Virus record (IMG/VR): IMGVR_UViG_3300047552_000676
Coordinates: 6,116 to 70,115 of that record
Strand: one strand, 5' to 3'
Length of the DNA stretch: 64,000 bases
Source: a virus
Shown: positions 63,504-64,000 of the stretch, piece after piece
How the letters are laid out: the number at the start of each line of letters is the position of its first letter
How positions within the stretch are numbered: the first letter of the stretch is position 1
The notes under the pieces: model-generated
Database searches by the model: none
The model's input: the letters and a program-made list of their open reading frames with translations, nothing else
Told to the model about the DNA's origin: nothing
Program-made: the position numbers and the translations under genes

Positions 63504-64000
63504 TCACGCGGGCAGCAAGCCGAGTTCACGCAGAATAAAGTTTTTGGTTTCCAGCTCTTGGCTTTCCAGTGACGACATCAGGCTGATGAAGCGGTTGGTA
63601 TCACCATTTGCTTTGGCTTTCTTCAGCCGGCTGAGCAGTCGCATGCGCTCACCCACGAAGACCACGCGGAGCGAGGCTGCTGGGCAGAAGACATTCCCGG
63701 TGCTGAAGTGGCACGAGGTTTGAACTTCAGTAGCAGACGACACCAGCGCAGCGCAGTCAAGGCAGCCTTCGCCGTACAGTCGGACTTCAAAGGCTGTACC
63801 ATCTTGGGTTTCGGGAACGTTCTGCCGCAGATCCAGGGAGACAGGCAACTCGATTTGAGTTACCTCTTCCTCTTTGGGAGGCGCGGCAACTTGCATAAGG
63901 TCACGTAGCTCTGTCGCAGGCGTCTTTTCCGTCTTGACATCTTCGCTGTCGTCAAGCGGGGCAATCTTTTCAGTAGACTTGGGGTCGGTGATCGGTTCCT
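63504..64000 (-). CDS. Hypothetical protein with Cys motif (5' end beyond the window)
   Basis: The frame of the 130-aa ORF stays open to the right edge; CLDC...C...C. Confidence 0.6.
   Translation of the reverse strand, partial: EPITDPKSTEKIAPLDDSEDVKTEKTPATELRDLMQVAAPPKEEEVTQIELPVSLDLRQNVPETQDGTAFEVRLYGEGCLDCAALVSSATEVQTSCHFSTGNVFCPAASLRVVFVGERMRLLSRLKKAKANGDTNRFISLMSSLESQELETKNFILRELGLLPA

Noticed and set aside
23-63908. Numerous plus-strand ORFs in the track (e.g. 9055, 10375, 34259, 51252, 60820)
   Set aside because: They are antisense shadows of well-supported minus-strand genes or overlap tRNAs, and carry no motifs.
1-64000. Stop-codon reassignment
   Set aside because: Long conserved genes are intact in the standard code, and TAA, TAG and TGA all end genes at tight gene junctions.

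Overview
This window is a 64-kb slice of a large contractile-tailed (myovirus, jumbo-type) dsDNA phage genome, almost all on the minus strand. From left to right it carries: terminase large subunit (runs off the left edge and is missing from the ORF track); a replication/recombination block (DnaB-like helicase, UvsW-like helicase, UvsY-like protein, beta-clamp-like protein, type IB topoisomerase); a baseplate/tail module (fibre, wedge, spike, hub, lytic transglycosylase, tape measure, chaperone, tube, sheath); holin-like genes; a run of small probable virion-internal/effector genes (kinase, Nudix, ParB-like, NlpC/P60); RuvC, a sigma-like factor, an HNH protein and a Lys-rich histone-like protein; an RNA island; and gyrB/gyrA-like type II topoisomerase genes with a mini-intein in gyrA. 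The RNA island (52.0-57.9 kb) holds nine intact tRNAs, one aberrant tRNA, a circularly permuted two-piece tmRNA with the unusual tag ANDSLFAQRA, and at least three unexplained structured ncRNAs that each lie just 3' of a tRNA. Other notable points: a free-standing, apparently catalytically dead intein (Hint) gene heading the gyrB-gyrA operon; modular polyprotein-like ORFs punctuated by [VIL]-x-[AS] motifs; a prfB-like +1 frameshift in the tail chaperone; an ATC-started helicase; a leader pseudoknot before the histone-like gene; and three candidate promoter classes. All calls come from reading motifs by eye; no searches were run.
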